Positions 16,811-26,914 of a stretch of DNA of 64,000 bases are shown one piece after another. Source of the stretch: a virus. Position numbers and translations under genes: made by a program. The notes beneath the pieces were generated by a model. That model did no database searches. It worked only from the letters and a program-made list of their open reading frames with translations, and was not told where the DNA came from. The DNA is taken from the IMG/VR virus record IMGVR_UViG_3300026445_000027, positions 32,001-96,000 of that record, one strand, 5' to 3'. Position 1 is the first letter of the stretch, and each line of letters opens with the position of its first letter.

Positions 16811-19009
16811 TTAAGGGTTTTTTGCTTCGATCGCCTCAACAACTTTGTCCAGGCCAGCTTCCAGGCCGAGGATCTCGACCTTCTGTTTCGCCAGCTTGGT
16901 CAGCAGACCTTCGTCACCCAGGAACTTGGCAGCGTCGGTGATCTTCAGCGAGCCGATGATCGGGTTCAGCGCCCAGTGCTTGTAGGTAGGCATGGTCATG
17001 ACCACACCGTAGTCTTGCTGCTCACGAGTCACGTTACCTTGAACAACGATGTTCTCTTTCGAGACCACAACGCCGACGCCACCCAGAGGGTTGATGAAGT
17101 CGCTGGTGGAGTTGTTCTTGGTGACGATCAGGATCTCGCCGATCTGGCTGTCGAAGTTGGTTTCGATAGCGGTCATGTTGACCATCGAGCCCAGGGTACG
17201 AGCATCACCAGTCTTCATCAGGAAGCGACGCAGGTTCTGGTGAACGATGATGTTCCACTCAGGAGCAGTGGTGCCACCGTATTCAGCGATCGCAGCGATA
17301 CCGGACTTGGTGACCAGCGCCGAAGTGATGTCGGACAGTTCGTTGGTGAACACGGCCGATACAGCTTCGAAGATGCCGGTGCTGTCTTGAACCGAGACCA
17401 CGTCTTCCAGGGTGATGGTACGGTTGACGGCCGAAGCAGTCACGTAGTGCATACCTGGCAGAACGTTGGAACCCTGGTTGTTCGACACAACTGGGTGACC
17501 GTCGATCGAGGTGATGTACTTCAGGTGTTCGTGAGCCATGTCGAAGGCTTTCTTCGAGCACTGGTTGTTGATCACCACCGACATCTGCTGGATGGCGTAG
17601 TCCAGGGAGTCCTGGTTCACGTCGTCTTTGGAGATCGGGTACTTCACGGAGACCGGCGAACCACGGTGTACCGACAGGTGCTTGTCAGCGTCGAACACTT
17701 CGATGCGGTAGCCGAAGTTACCACGGTTCAGGTTGTTGACGTTGGCCGAGGTCTTGACACCGGTGACCGAACCTTTGGTCAGCAGCTTGAACAGGGCTTT
17801 CTCATCTTCGCTGGCGCGGCCGCGATCGATGACGTTGCCCGAGGCGATGTGGCGCAGAGCGGAGATGGTCAGTTGACCACCGTTCAGGCGCATCACGTTC
17901 TTCTGGCGTTGGAAGTTGCCGTTCATCGACACGTCGAGCAGCGGCTGGTAGCCAGCAGCTTTGATGTCAGCGAACAGGGTCTCGCCGACCAGGTTGCCTT
18001 CTTTGTCCAGCAGGGTGAAACCGTTGTGCTGGTTCAGCAGCATGCCCAGCTGACGGTCATCGGAACCCTGGCCGTTGGTGGTCGGGTTGAAGGTGTTGTT
18101 CGACATTGCTTTGGTGTTCACGAAGAACACTTTCTCAACGCCGCCGATGGTGGCAGTCAGTTGCAGCGCTTCGACGGTGATCGAGTTGGACTCGATTTCG
18201 TCGGTGCTGGTCCAGGCGCGCTGGCCAGGAGCCTGGCAAAGACCCAGGTAGTTCGGGATCACCGAAGGAACCTTGAGGTAGTTGGTCAGGTGGTTTTCGC
18301 GACCGTAGGCGTCGGCTTCCATGTAGGTAGCTGGCCATGGGGTCATGGTGGCTTTGTCGACGAACAGCTCGAGGGTGTCGTCGTCAGCGTCTTCCGGGAA
18401 CACCGGGTGGATGGACAGGACGTCGTCCTTGTACATGTCACCGGTACGCAGCAGACCGAAGATCGGCTTCAGGTCGGAAGCTTGCTGCCAGGCGCTGTTG
18501 CCGTAGGCGTAGGTACCCAGGCCGGCCGCACGGACTTTCAGCAGAGCGCCTTCGTCTTCGTAGCGAACGGTGATGGTGCTGAACAGGGCCTCGGCTGCAG
18601 GGGTCTGCAGGTGGCTCTGGGCGTTCAGGGTCATGTTGGCGGCTTTGATGTCGACTTCCGAACCGCGGAAGTTCTGCATCGAGAAGCCTTCCAGACCACC
18701 TACGGTGCTGTAGTAGTCTTCGGTCTTGGCGACGATGTCGACCAGCTCACCACGTGGGATGGCTTCGGAACGAGCCATGGCGCTTTGGAAAGCGGCATAG
18801 GTCTTGTCGGTCAGCTTGTCTTTCAGCGCGCTTTGCAGGCTGGCGCTTTCGTTGCCCTGCACTTGGGACAGGCCGAAGTTGCTGGAGAAGTCGTTGAAAG
18901 CTTCGTTACCTTGTACCGCTTGGAAACCGTTGGTAGCAACGGCTTGTCGGATCATGTGAAAGAGGTTGCCCTCGTTCTTCAGACCAGTTTTGATCGCTTT
19001 ATAGGCCAT
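16811..19009 (-). CDS. Major capsid protein (phiKZ gp120-like)
   Basis: About 732 aa (start MAYKAIK) with very strong codon bias, a propeptide carrying GNE/GNE/GLE sites, and the conserved position next to DnaB. Confidence 0.85.
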   Translation of the reverse strand: MAYKAIKTGLKNEGNLFHMIRQAVATNGFQAVQGNEAFNDFSSNFGLSQVQGNESASLQSALKDKLTDKTYAAFQSAMARSEAIPRGELVDIVAKTEDYYSTVGGLEGFSMQNFRGSEVDIKAANMTLNAQSHLQTPAAEALFSTITVRYEDEGALLKVRAAGLGTYAYGNSAWQQASDLKPIFGLLRTGDMYKDDVLSIHPVFPEDADDDTLELFVDKATMTPWPATYMEADAYGRENHLTNYLKVPSVIPNYLGLCQAPGQRAWTSTDEIESNSITVEALQLTATIGGVEKVFFVNTKAMSNNTFNPTTNGQGSDDRQLGMLLNQHNGFTLLDKEGNLVGETLFADIKAAGYQPLLDVSMNGNFQRQKNVMRLNGGQLTISALRHIASGNVIDRGRASEDEKALFKLLTKGSVTGVKTSANVNNLNRGNFGYRIEVFDADKHLSVHRGSPVSVKYPISKDDVNQDSLDYAIQQMSVVINNQCSKKAFDMAHEHLKYITSIDGHPVVSNNQGSNVLPGMHYVTASAVNRTITLEDVVSVQDSTGIFEAVSAVFTNELSDITSALVTKSGIAAIAEYGGTTAPEWNIIVHQNLRRFLMKTGDARTLGSMVNMTAIETNFDSQIGEILIVTKNNSTSDFINPLGGVGVVVSKENIVVQGNVTREQQDYGVVMTMPTYKHWALNPIIGSLKITDAAKFLGDEGLLTKLAKQKVEILGLEAGLDKVVEAIEAKNP

Positions 19010-19094
19010 GGAAGGAATTCCTTGCAGACGTAGGACAAACAAACAAATGCATTTGTTGTGTATTTGGTGCTACACATACAATGTATTTATTTAA

Positions 19095-19646
19095 TTAGGG
19101 GTTTTGGATACCAAGTAGCTTGTAAACCACTGCCAGAGAGAACTCTCCGGTGCGCGGTTCTGGGATAGCGCCGAAATGACTTTCCATGTAGCCCTTGCAG
19201 TGGGTAATCATCTCGAGCAAAGCACCAGAGAAACACGTAGCCTCTGCACAGACCCAGCCTGGCAAAGGTTTGTCGTCTTCCTCTGGGTGTAACGCCAACA
19301 CCAGGACGTTCTGCCCAGCATTGATATAAGAGAAACAACGAGTACCGTGGATCACTTCGGATAAGTTACTACCGTCGACACTATTAAATGCCTCGCGTAG
19401 CATACCACCTTCGTAATCCTTGGAGAACAACATATCAGGTTCGAGCATGGGCACACCCATCTCTTGAGCCGCCTGATATTGGAACTTGAAGAACTGGGCA
19501 AGCTCAGGCCACATCAACTTTTGATGATATGTCTCAATTGCTACCAGTTCCCTCAAAGGAATTGACATCCGATCCAGCAGTCGTACGAACTGGCTGGGCA
19601 GATAAAATACATGAACCGAAGGCCCATTAGGGGTCCTGAGAATCAT
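19095..19646 (-). CDS. Hypothetical/virion protein (phiKZ gp119-like by synteny)
   Basis: 183 aa between DnaB and the capsid gene. Confidence 0.6.
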   Translation of the reverse strand: MILRTPNGPSVHVFYLPSQFVRLLDRMSIPLRELVAIETYHQKLMWPELAQFFKFQYQAAQEMGVPMLEPDMLFSKDYEGGMLREAFNSVDGSNLSEVIHGTRCFSYINAGQNVLVLALHPEEDDKPLPGWVCAEATCFSGALLEMITHCKGYMESHFGAIPEPRTGEFSLAVVYKLLGIQNP

Positions 19647-19672
19647 ACTTGCACTCCTAGGAGTTAGTCTGA

Positions 19673-21205
19673 ATGAATGACTTACTGGTGTTGGTCAAAC
19701 TGTTGTCGGCAATTTACCAAGCCAAGAAAATTAAAGATGTCAATTTGCTTAAGGAGCTGGAGGAGTTGATGGACGAACTCCCGCCACCTCCACCAGAAGT
19801 CTTTGTTCAGAACAAAGATATCCGAGAGAGTATCAAAAGCACAATTGCGTGGCTGTTTGACGAGCCAGATGATGAACCGATCATAAAATCAGTATTGTTA
19901 CAACGTGTGCGGATGTTCTCTGGTATTACCGAGGATATCAAGCTCAGTATTGAAGACGGTTTAGAAGACTTTGACGACGAGCAAATGACTCGTAAGGTAA
20001 TCTACAAACAGATTACTGATATACGTCTTAGTTTGGAAGACAAGGGTTTTGCTGAGAAATGGAAGCGCGCTACTAAGCAGTACTTCTTTAAAGACATTAG
20101 CGAGATCACCAAAGAAGACTGGGTTAACCTGTCGGACATCATCAACGACCGGATGGCTACGCTGTATGAGGAGAAGCAGTCAGAGGTTATTTGTGAGGTC
20201 AGTACTGCGGACCCTACTAGCTTCCATGCAACCATCGATCTGGCTAAGAAGGAGAACTCCAACGAGGGTATCCTTAAGTCTGGTATCCAGGCGCTGAACC
20301 TGGCACTCAGTCCTGATGGTGGTTTCCGCCGTAGTAAGTTCTATCTACTCAACGCACTGACCAACCGTGGTAAGTCGTTGACTGTGGCGCACCTTACTGC
20401 ATCGGTAGGTCTGTACAACAAACCACAACTGCGTAATAAGGCTAAGATCCCAACGATCCTCCTGGAGTCGGCAGAAGACACCATGGACCTTATTATCCAG
20501 CGTATGTACAAGCTGGCTATTACCGCCACTACTGACAATGAACCAGATTTCAACATCGCCGAGAACGACGATATCGTTGAAGCCATTTGCAGTTGCTTCA
20601 AGAACAACGGCTGGGTACTGGTCATCAAGGTTATCGATTCGAGCAAAGACACCGCTGCTGCTATGTTCGATCGTGTACGTCGCATGGAGCTCAAAGGCCA
20701 CGAAATCATTTTCTACGCCTACGACTACGCTGCGCTGCAGAACTACGACAAGCTCCCGGGTGAAACCAAGTCGGATAAACTCCAACTGCACTTCCGGAAG
20801 ATTCGTGCGTTCATCATTGCTCGTGGTATTTGCTTCATTACTCCGCACCAGCTTAGCCCCGATGCTAAGAAACGTTTGCAGGAGTCGGATGAAGAGTCTG
20901 AGGTTTACTTCGCCAGAGAAGTTGCGGGTAAGTCTTATACTGAAACATCCACCAAGATTACCAACGAAGTCGATGTGGAGATTACCTTCCATGTGGCCAA
21001 GACTTCGTTCAAAGCTTACTGGACGTTCTCCATCGGTAAGCAGCGCGGCGAAGGTTGTCTTCCCGAGCATCGGTTTGCCATCTACGATATCCATCCCGTC
21101 CATGGGTTGAAGCACGATATCAATGGTAAACCACAGTTCCGCCGTAGCTTGCAGACACGACTAAACGAACTAGGCGAGATTGAAGCCGATATCGACTCTA
21201 TTTGA
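19673..21205 (+). CDS. dnaB: DnaB-like replicative helicase (phiKZ gp118-like)
   Basis: Walker A variant ALTNRGKS, LLESAED, YDY Walker B, TPHQLS, and the KQR arginine finger. AGGAG SD. Confidence 0.85.
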   Translation: MNDLLVLVKLLSAIYQAKKIKDVNLLKELEELMDELPPPPPEVFVQNKDIRESIKSTIAWLFDEPDDEPIIKSVLLQRVRMFSGITEDIKLSIEDGLEDFDDEQMTRKVIYKQITDIRLSLEDKGFAEKWKRATKQYFFKDISEITKEDWVNLSDIINDRMATLYEEKQSEVICEVSTADPTSFHATIDLAKKENSNEGILKSGIQALNLALSPDGGFRRSKFYLLNALTNRGKSLTVAHLTASVGLYNKPQLRNKAKIPTILLESAEDTMDLIIQRMYKLAITATTDNEPDFNIAENDDIVEAICSCFKNNGWVLVIKVIDSSKDTAAAMFDRVRRMELKGHEIIFYAYDYAALQNYDKLPGETKSDKLQLHFRKIRAFIIARGICFITPHQLSPDAKKRLQESDEESEVYFAREVAGKSYTETSTKITNEVDVEITFHVAKTSFKAYWTFSIGKQRGEGCLPEHRFAIYDIHPVHGLKHDINGKPQFRRSLQTRLNELGEIEADIDSI

Positions 21206-21225
21206 GCGCATAAGCAAACATAACC

Positions 21226-21260
21226 CTATACCCCTGGCCCTACTAGGGCCAGGGGTATAG
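21226..21260. terminator. Bidirectional terminator hairpin
   Basis: CTATACCCCTGGCCCT/AGGGCCAGGGGTATAG between convergent genes. Confidence 0.8.
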
Positions 21261-21286
21261 TAAGGCTTATTTCGCAAATTTGGAGC

Positions 21287-21766
21287 TTAGCCCAAATAAC
21301 CTGGCTTGAATGCCGCAGCCCCCAAATACTTAGATGGGTTATCTTTGGCTATCTGCACGACATCAAGGCTACCTAAAGCCGTGGTGTAGTTACCCCAAGA
21401 TTCCGCCATTTGCGCTACCAGAGCTTTTTGTTTGGCGTCAATGGTGTCCATGAGTTCTTCTGTGGTGCCTACACCTCTAACGTAGTGCAAGAGCTCACCG
21501 ATAACGAAGTCTTTCCATCGCGCTGCAGACTCTGGCGCTAGTTTATCAGTAATGCCCAGTAAAGCAATAACACCCCCGTTGATGCCATCAGGATGCTTAT
21601 CCAGTTGACGAACGCCAATTAATTTCTCCATTTCATCACAGAACCCACGACGACGGTCAAGCGCTTCAACAATGCTGTTTGTTGCTGCCGCAAATCCCTT
21701 AGCAAAGAAACCAGGTTGCAGTTGGGTGGCAACACCGTCTTCGATCTTTTCGATATAACCTTTCAT
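21287..21766 (-). CDS. Hypothetical accessory protein
   Basis: 159-aa helical ORF with an AAGGG SD. Confidence 0.65.
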   Translation of the reverse strand: MKGYIEKIEDGVATQLQPGFFAKGFAAATNSIVEALDRRRGFCDEMEKLIGVRQLDKHPDGINGGVIALLGITDKLAPESAARWKDFVIGELLHYVRGVGTTEELMDTIDAKQKALVAQMAESWGNYTTALGSLDVVQIAKDNPSKYLGAAAFKPGYLG

Positions 21767-21796
21767 GTAAATACCCTTTAAATAATGATGTCGTAC

Positions 21797-21818
21797 GTAG
21801 GGTACTATAGTACCCTAC
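21797..21818. repeat. Perfect 22-bp palindrome
   Basis: GTAGGGTACTATAGTACCCTAC equals its own reverse complement. Confidence 0.9.
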
Positions 21819-21910
21819 TACTCCGCTTAGCCTATACTCAAAAATAACCCAACCATCCCCACCCGCTTTCGCAGACAGTTCTCATTAAGTGTATAAACTA
21901 ATACACTCAG

Positions 21911-23251
21911 TTAAGAAACAACGGTTTCCTCTGGGCGGATTAACAGCACCAGGGTAGAGTGTTCCCGGAAGGTTGGTTCTAGTGCTTCGGTATCCATCTG
22001 GTACTCTGTCCGTAGAGCACCGATACTACCCTCCTGGTAGACCAAGTGTTCTGGTCCACTCATGTAGTAGTAGCGCACAGGCATTGCTGGGTCAATCATT
22101 TCCCAGTTCGAGTTATGCCACGGGATAGTCGTGGTGTTGATATCACTCAAGGCGTTGTCGCTTAGGTGCTTACAAAGGTTACCCGTAGGCAGGAACTCTG
22201 TAGGAATCCATTCCTCACCAGACATACGAGCTTTGGTACGGTATTCCGACAAGGAGTCCTGACTGGTAGTTACTGCCACACCCTTGTTGTAATAACGACC
22301 GGTTTCACCCATTGCTGCATCAGATGTGATAATCCGCTTACCCACACCTTTGTTCTGACGTTTAACGTCGGAGTTGTCACTGTTGATCGCTTCACCTGTA
22401 GCAAAGATAGTCACGGACTTATCGTCAGCAATCCAGGTGTTGTGCAACGTAGGGAATACGTTCTGCGGCAAACGGTAGATGTTCAATACCCGTCTAGCTT
22501 TCTCGTAACGACCGTCGCGGTACAGTGGGTAGATGCGCCACAGTCCTTTACGGTAGTACATCCCTAGCCCGGTATTGTAGATGCCGTATTCCTCATGCTG
22601 TTGGAGGAACTGCCCCAGGTCGATCAACCTGGTACCGAAAGGAATGACAATGTGCTTGAACACCCGGTCGTTGTCGATAGGCTGCTCAATGTCCACCCCT
22701 TTCCATGCATCTGGCCCAGTTAAGCCCAGAGACTCACCGGCTTCACACAGCTTGTCATGTAGCGCGTTGTCCAGCGTAGACATCAACAAGATATCTTGTG
22801 CTGGCAGGTTGCGCAGTTTACCCATACCGGTCTCGTACAGCTGGAACGAGATCGTGATAATGTTAGTTTCGTCCTTACCACCCAAGTTAGCCTGGGCAGT
22901 GTGGCTACCTTCCATCTCTGGGTTGTCTGCATCGATCGGTGTTGCACGGAACCGATACATTGTCTGGTTTACGCCTGTGCGCTCGCAGACCTCGATGATC
23001 AGATCCTCTTTATACGGCAGGATATTGTTCTGGTACACACCTGGTTGGATCTGTACACGAATAGTGCAGTCGTCACCCCGTCCCGATACAAAAGAACACA
23101 TCCTTGCGAACCCGTTGGGGATCAGTAATGGAATCTGTTCCACCGGGGTGATAGCCATGGCGGTCATATTGAACTTACGTTCGTTACGCTGAGTAGCCTC
23201 AACGTACTGGACGTACTCAATAAGGTTTTGTAAGGAACGGGGTGCTTCCAT
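21911..23251 (-). CDS. Virion protein, probably baseplate hub (phiKZ gp101-like by synteny)
   Basis: 446 aa, beta-rich, last gene of a conserved four-gene block. Confidence 0.55.
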   Translation of the reverse strand: MEAPRSLQNLIEYVQYVEATQRNERKFNMTAMAITPVEQIPLLIPNGFARMCSFVSGRGDDCTIRVQIQPGVYQNNILPYKEDLIIEVCERTGVNQTMYRFRATPIDADNPEMEGSHTAQANLGGKDETNIITISFQLYETGMGKLRNLPAQDILLMSTLDNALHDKLCEAGESLGLTGPDAWKGVDIEQPIDNDRVFKHIVIPFGTRLIDLGQFLQQHEEYGIYNTGLGMYYRKGLWRIYPLYRDGRYEKARRVLNIYRLPQNVFPTLHNTWIADDKSVTIFATGEAINSDNSDVKRQNKGVGKRIITSDAAMGETGRYYNKGVAVTTSQDSLSEYRTKARMSGEEWIPTEFLPTGNLCKHLSDNALSDINTTTIPWHNSNWEMIDPAMPVRYYYMSGPEHLVYQEGSIGALRTEYQMDTEALEPTFREHSTLVLLIRPEETVVS

Positions 23252-23253
23252 GA

Positions 23254-24036
23254 TTAACCTTCTCTAAATATCCAGTCAGGGTTTGCCACCATTTGGGGCT
23301 GTTGGGCAAACAATGTATCAAACGGCACAACTGGTTGCAGTAGCTGTTGTTGCTGTACGGCCAGCTCTGGGTTGAATGGAGCTGGGTTGTACATTGGGGC
23401 AGCGGGACCTTCGTAGCTGTGGCTACTAGTGCCCATAAGCTCGTCCAGAGGGCTGTAGAAGCTGATGCCATCCTTACTGCCATGGATCACCTGCTCAACC
23501 ATAGAAGACATCCCAAACAGCGCGCGGAAGCCTGCTAGGCCAGCACCTTCCAGTTGGGTGTCCTGTTCGTACTGCTTGCGCTCTTTCTCACGTTTGACAA
23601 ACGGCTTGATGCGTTTGTATACGTTGAACAACAAGTACGCCAGTGACTCGAGTTCCCGTAACTCAGCAAACGTGGGAGCTTTAAAGTCTGGGGCATTCTT
23701 GATGATCTCGCACCACAGTGCGATATACTCAGTCAACCCTTCGTAGACTTCAATCACTGATTTGTTGTAGCGCTCGAACGCGATATCCTCAGCCGACTGG
23801 AAGTTCTCCATGTACATGAGGATCTGCGGGATTTTCATTACCCGCATACCTTTCTCTGAATAGAAGTCGTGGTCGTTAGCAAACCCTTCCTGGGTGTACG
23901 TAGGACGTGTACGGATTTGGTCCAGAGTCATCATTTTCTCTGGAGCGATGTGTACTCGGTAGCCTCGGTGCTGCACAATGTTGTAAAGACTAATCAAACG
24001 CTTCCTTACAAAATCATACCGCGCGTATGTCATCAT
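23254..24036 (-). CDS. Conserved hypothetical protein (phiKZ gp100-like by synteny)
   Basis: 260 aa with a Gln/Pro-rich C-terminus; coupled to its neighbours. Confidence 0.55.
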   Translation of the reverse strand: MMTYARYDFVRKRLISLYNIVQHRGYRVHIAPEKMMTLDQIRTRPTYTQEGFANDHDFYSEKGMRVMKIPQILMYMENFQSAEDIAFERYNKSVIEVYEGLTEYIALWCEIIKNAPDFKAPTFAELRELESLAYLLFNVYKRIKPFVKREKERKQYEQDTQLEGAGLAGFRALFGMSSMVEQVIHGSKDGISFYSPLDELMGTSSHSYEGPAAPMYNPAPFNPELAVQQQQLLQPVVPFDTLFAQQPQMVANPDWIFREG

Positions 24037-25340
24037 GATGGAACTCCGAATTTCCGACTGACTTGGATCAGTAGAATCAAAATAGCACCATGATAGAGTT
24101 GTTCCTTAGGAGTGAGCTTGAAATACTCATCCTTGCAGTACGCCAGCAACTCTTTACGTGGCACGATCTTTTGTTTGAGGATCTTGTAAACCAGCTTTTC
24201 AAACACGGTCTCTGGTTCACCGTTATAGAAAGCTTCCCCGAACACATAGCTACCGATTTTGGATTGAGGGCTAGGACGCAGGATAGGGTAACCATCTATG
24301 TTGTAATAGACCTTGTACTGCTTGTACTCCTCCGGGTCGGTACAGATGAAATACGTGAACTTACTGGAACGCAAGTTACCGTACAGACGGCTGTTAACCA
24401 GGCGGTCTACACCGATCATGGCTGCGCCCTTAGGGCACTGCGACAAAAGGTTGAAATCACCACGCAGGATTACGTCCCAGATGTTGATTGTCCCATGCAT
24501 ACCAAAGTCACGACCACCGTATTGTGTAGACAGTTGTCCAATTACAGGGTACATGACACGCATGTCTGGTTCAATTACCGCGGAGAGGAACTTAACCAAG
24601 TACTGGTCGTAAACGTAACCACCCAGGATTTCAGTGTCCCCACTGGTGTTGTATGCAATGGTCCGTTCCGGGTTCCACCAGAATTTGGTCATGATCCACT
24701 GACCAATGGTAGTCCGCCACTGGAACAGTTGGGCTTCGGTGTCGAAATCATCTTCACTAACCAGACCAACACCGCCACTAAGAGCCGAATCAATCGAGTA
24801 GACCAACTCCTGTTGTACCCGGCGCTCTAACTCATCAGCCCAGTCTTTCTGCAAGATACCAACCATCTGGAAGGTAATGCGGTAGGCTTTGTTAGCAGTG
24901 AAGTTCGGGGGTTCTGGTTGCTCGGTGAGCTGGAACAAACCAGCACGACCATCCATGATCTCAGCAATGAATACGTCGCCACGGATAGGCGGGAGACCAA
25001 AGCTAACCCAACCCGTGTATTTAACATCCGACTCGGCTTTCTGTGGGTCGAAATTAAATGCCCCATCACCTTCAGACTTGACGATCAGTCTACGAATACG
25101 AGTGTACTGGTTATAAGTAGCCGCGTTGAACGGATCGAATGGTTGTGGTTCTTCATCCGGTGCTACACGCTGACGGTAGTACTCCACTACGAACGGAGTA
25201 CCTTGCACCATGGTAATCAGTGCAGTCTCGGGTTGGTAGGTGCCCTCTACGATCGAGTGTCGGTATTGCTCGTTGTAAATCTTGGGGGTTTCTGGTTCTG
25301 GTGGGAGAACCTCACCCAACGGGGTAATATCAAACGACAT
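24033..25340 (-). CDS. Virion protein, probably neck (phiKZ gp99-like by synteny)
   Basis: 435 aa with a GAGG SD. Confidence 0.55.
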   Translation of the reverse strand: MSFDITPLGEVLPPEPETPKIYNEQYRHSIVEGTYQPETALITMVQGTPFVVEYYRQRVAPDEEPQPFDPFNAATYNQYTRIRRLIVKSEGDGAFNFDPQKAESDVKYTGWVSFGLPPIRGDVFIAEIMDGRAGLFQLTEQPEPPNFTANKAYRITFQMVGILQKDWADELERRVQQELVYSIDSALSGGVGLVSEDDFDTEAQLFQWRTTIGQWIMTKFWWNPERTIAYNTSGDTEILGGYVYDQYLVKFLSAVIEPDMRVMYPVIGQLSTQYGGRDFGMHGTINIWDVILRGDFNLLSQCPKGAAMIGVDRLVNSRLYGNLRSSKFTYFICTDPEEYKQYKVYYNIDGYPILRPSPQSKIGSYVFGEAFYNGEPETVFEKLVYKILKQKIVPRKELLAYCKDEYFKLTPKEQLYHGAILILLIQVSRKFGVPS

Positions 25341-26859
25341 CGTTCAATACCTCTAATAAGTGTGCGTTGAGACCCATCTGCATCATGTAGCGGTTAAAGT
25401 CATTAGGCGGTAACCCACGACCTTTGTTGATACCAGCACGGATGATGTGTGGGTAGGCAGCCCAAGGTTTAGGCAAGTTCCACCAGTCAAACCCTTGGAA
25501 CAATGTGGGGAGGATTGCCTCGTCTTCTGGGTTCTGCATCAAGTCATCCCAGAAGCTGGGGAAATAATCACGTACGGCATGGTCGATACAGACTACCAAC
25601 CGGTACTTGTTCTTGAAGTTCACTTGGTCCTTCAAGGTGACGATCCCAGTCTCATCCATAGACAGTCGCACTGGCAACACTTGGAGGTCTTCAGAGAACA
25701 CCCGTACCCAGAATGGCGAATGGAACTGGTCGAACACCGTAGCACGTCTACGCAGGATGTACTGTTTAACACGTTCGTTCCATTTGAACCCAGGGATCTC
25801 AAAGATGTTGCCGAGTACCTGTTCACCCATGGTGTCTTTGACGGTAAGGCGTGCTTGTACTACTGGTTGGATCCAGTCACCACCTGGCATTACCCATGGG
25901 TCGTGTGCAGGCAGTTTAAGGTAGTACGGTGCCTGATACTTGCGTGTGTCAGTAAGAGCTTTACCCAAAGCCATCTCCGGGTTAACTCGGATGTTGAAAC
26001 GCTGGGTGAAGCCTTCTTCTGGCTTAGGAATCCAAACCTGGTCGATCTCATCCTGGTACACGTTAAGTGGGTATTCAAGTTCCCAACCTACAAACTCAGG
26101 GAAGTGGAACTTGTAACCAATCTCGACTTCGTACTTACCGTAAGTGTCGGCATTACGGGTCTGGGAAACCTTAGGTTCCTTAAACTCAATACCGATCTCA
26201 TCCAAACGCACAGGTACTACTAACCGTGGGTTTTTGTTGGCATCGTCAGAGATGTTCATGAACGGTACGCGACGGTACTTGGAGAACCACACACCGAACT
26301 CTGGTGTAGTGGGGTCGTTCTTTACCAGGAGTTTGTGGATAGACAGGAACAATGCAATGATGGAGTTGTTGAACACCATGTGTACCGTTGCACTGAAATT
26401 CATGTCCACTACTTGCTGAGCTTGCGCCCGGTTAATACGGCGACGAAACTGGTCAGCCAACTTGGAACTGTTGAAGTGGGCTACTACAGCTACGTTAACC
26501 ACGCGACCAGCATACGACGGATAAACCATCATTGGCTTGGGGTCGTCGTTCATCCACACTGGGCGTTCGGTCATCTCACGACGTTGGTTAGCAAAGCCAG
26601 AGTTGAATGGAGAGTCCTCGAACTCAGCCACCACAAATAGCTTGTTACGGAACATCCCGTCCGTGTACAAGTCGGTACGCACACGATCGCCATTGTTACT
26701 ACCTACCAACTTGGCGATCTCATTACGGCCATTGTAGAAGATCTCTGCGGTAGACTCCAGGTTGTAGAACCGGAGCATACGACGCAAGGAATCCATAACA
26801 GCTGGTCGAGCAAAGGACCGATAGTCCTCCTCCGACATCATGGTAGTTTTAAGAAGCAT
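25330..26859 (-). CDS. Virion protein (phiKZ gp98-like by synteny)
   Basis: Start moved to the ATG at 26859 (MLLKTT), which has a GAGG SD; 509 aa. Confidence 0.55.
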   Translation of the reverse strand: MLLKTTMMSEEDYRSFARPAVMDSLRRMLRFYNLESTAEIFYNGRNEIAKLVGSNNGDRVRTDLYTDGMFRNKLFVVAEFEDSPFNSGFANQRREMTERPVWMNDDPKPMMVYPSYAGRVVNVAVVAHFNSSKLADQFRRRINRAQAQQVVDMNFSATVHMVFNNSIIALFLSIHKLLVKNDPTTPEFGVWFSKYRRVPFMNISDDANKNPRLVVPVRLDEIGIEFKEPKVSQTRNADTYGKYEVEIGYKFHFPEFVGWELEYPLNVYQDEIDQVWIPKPEEGFTQRFNIRVNPEMALGKALTDTRKYQAPYYLKLPAHDPWVMPGGDWIQPVVQARLTVKDTMGEQVLGNIFEIPGFKWNERVKQYILRRRATVFDQFHSPFWVRVFSEDLQVLPVRLSMDETGIVTLKDQVNFKNKYRLVVCIDHAVRDYFPSFWDDLMQNPEDEAILPTLFQGFDWWNLPKPWAAYPHIIRAGINKGRGLPPNDFNRYMMQMGLNAHLLEVLNDVV

Positions 26860-26877
26860 ATGAACCTCTAATAAATA

Positions 26878-26909
26878 ACTATAACTGGAGGTCCCCCTCC
26901 AGTTATAGT
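26878..26909 (-). other. Intergenic hairpin (terminator or processing site)
   Basis: 14-bp perfect stem ACTATAACTGGAGG/CCTCCAGTTATAGT with a GGGA tetraloop on the minus strand. Confidence 0.65.
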
Positions 26910-26914
26910 AGTCT

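Noticed and set aside
16750-16813. Stop-codon readthrough or +1 frameshift at the capsid stop
   Set aside because: Both give short products (19 aa and about 11 aa), and neither has a signal as canonical as the -1 heptamer.
16976-19033. 685-aa ORF antisense to the capsid gene, and similar long antisense ORFs (5695-7125, 11487-12854, 30031-31314, 37734-39482, 40916-42322, 49015-50385, 61524-62816)
   Set aside because: These are in-register shadows of strongly biased sense genes that rarely use TTA/CTA/TCA codons. They have non-protein-like V/H/Q/D-rich composition and no convincing SD.
21860-21885. Tiny minus-strand ORF (MRTVCESGWGWLGYF) starting in the 21.8-kb intergenic region
   Set aside because: Only 15 codons and no SD.
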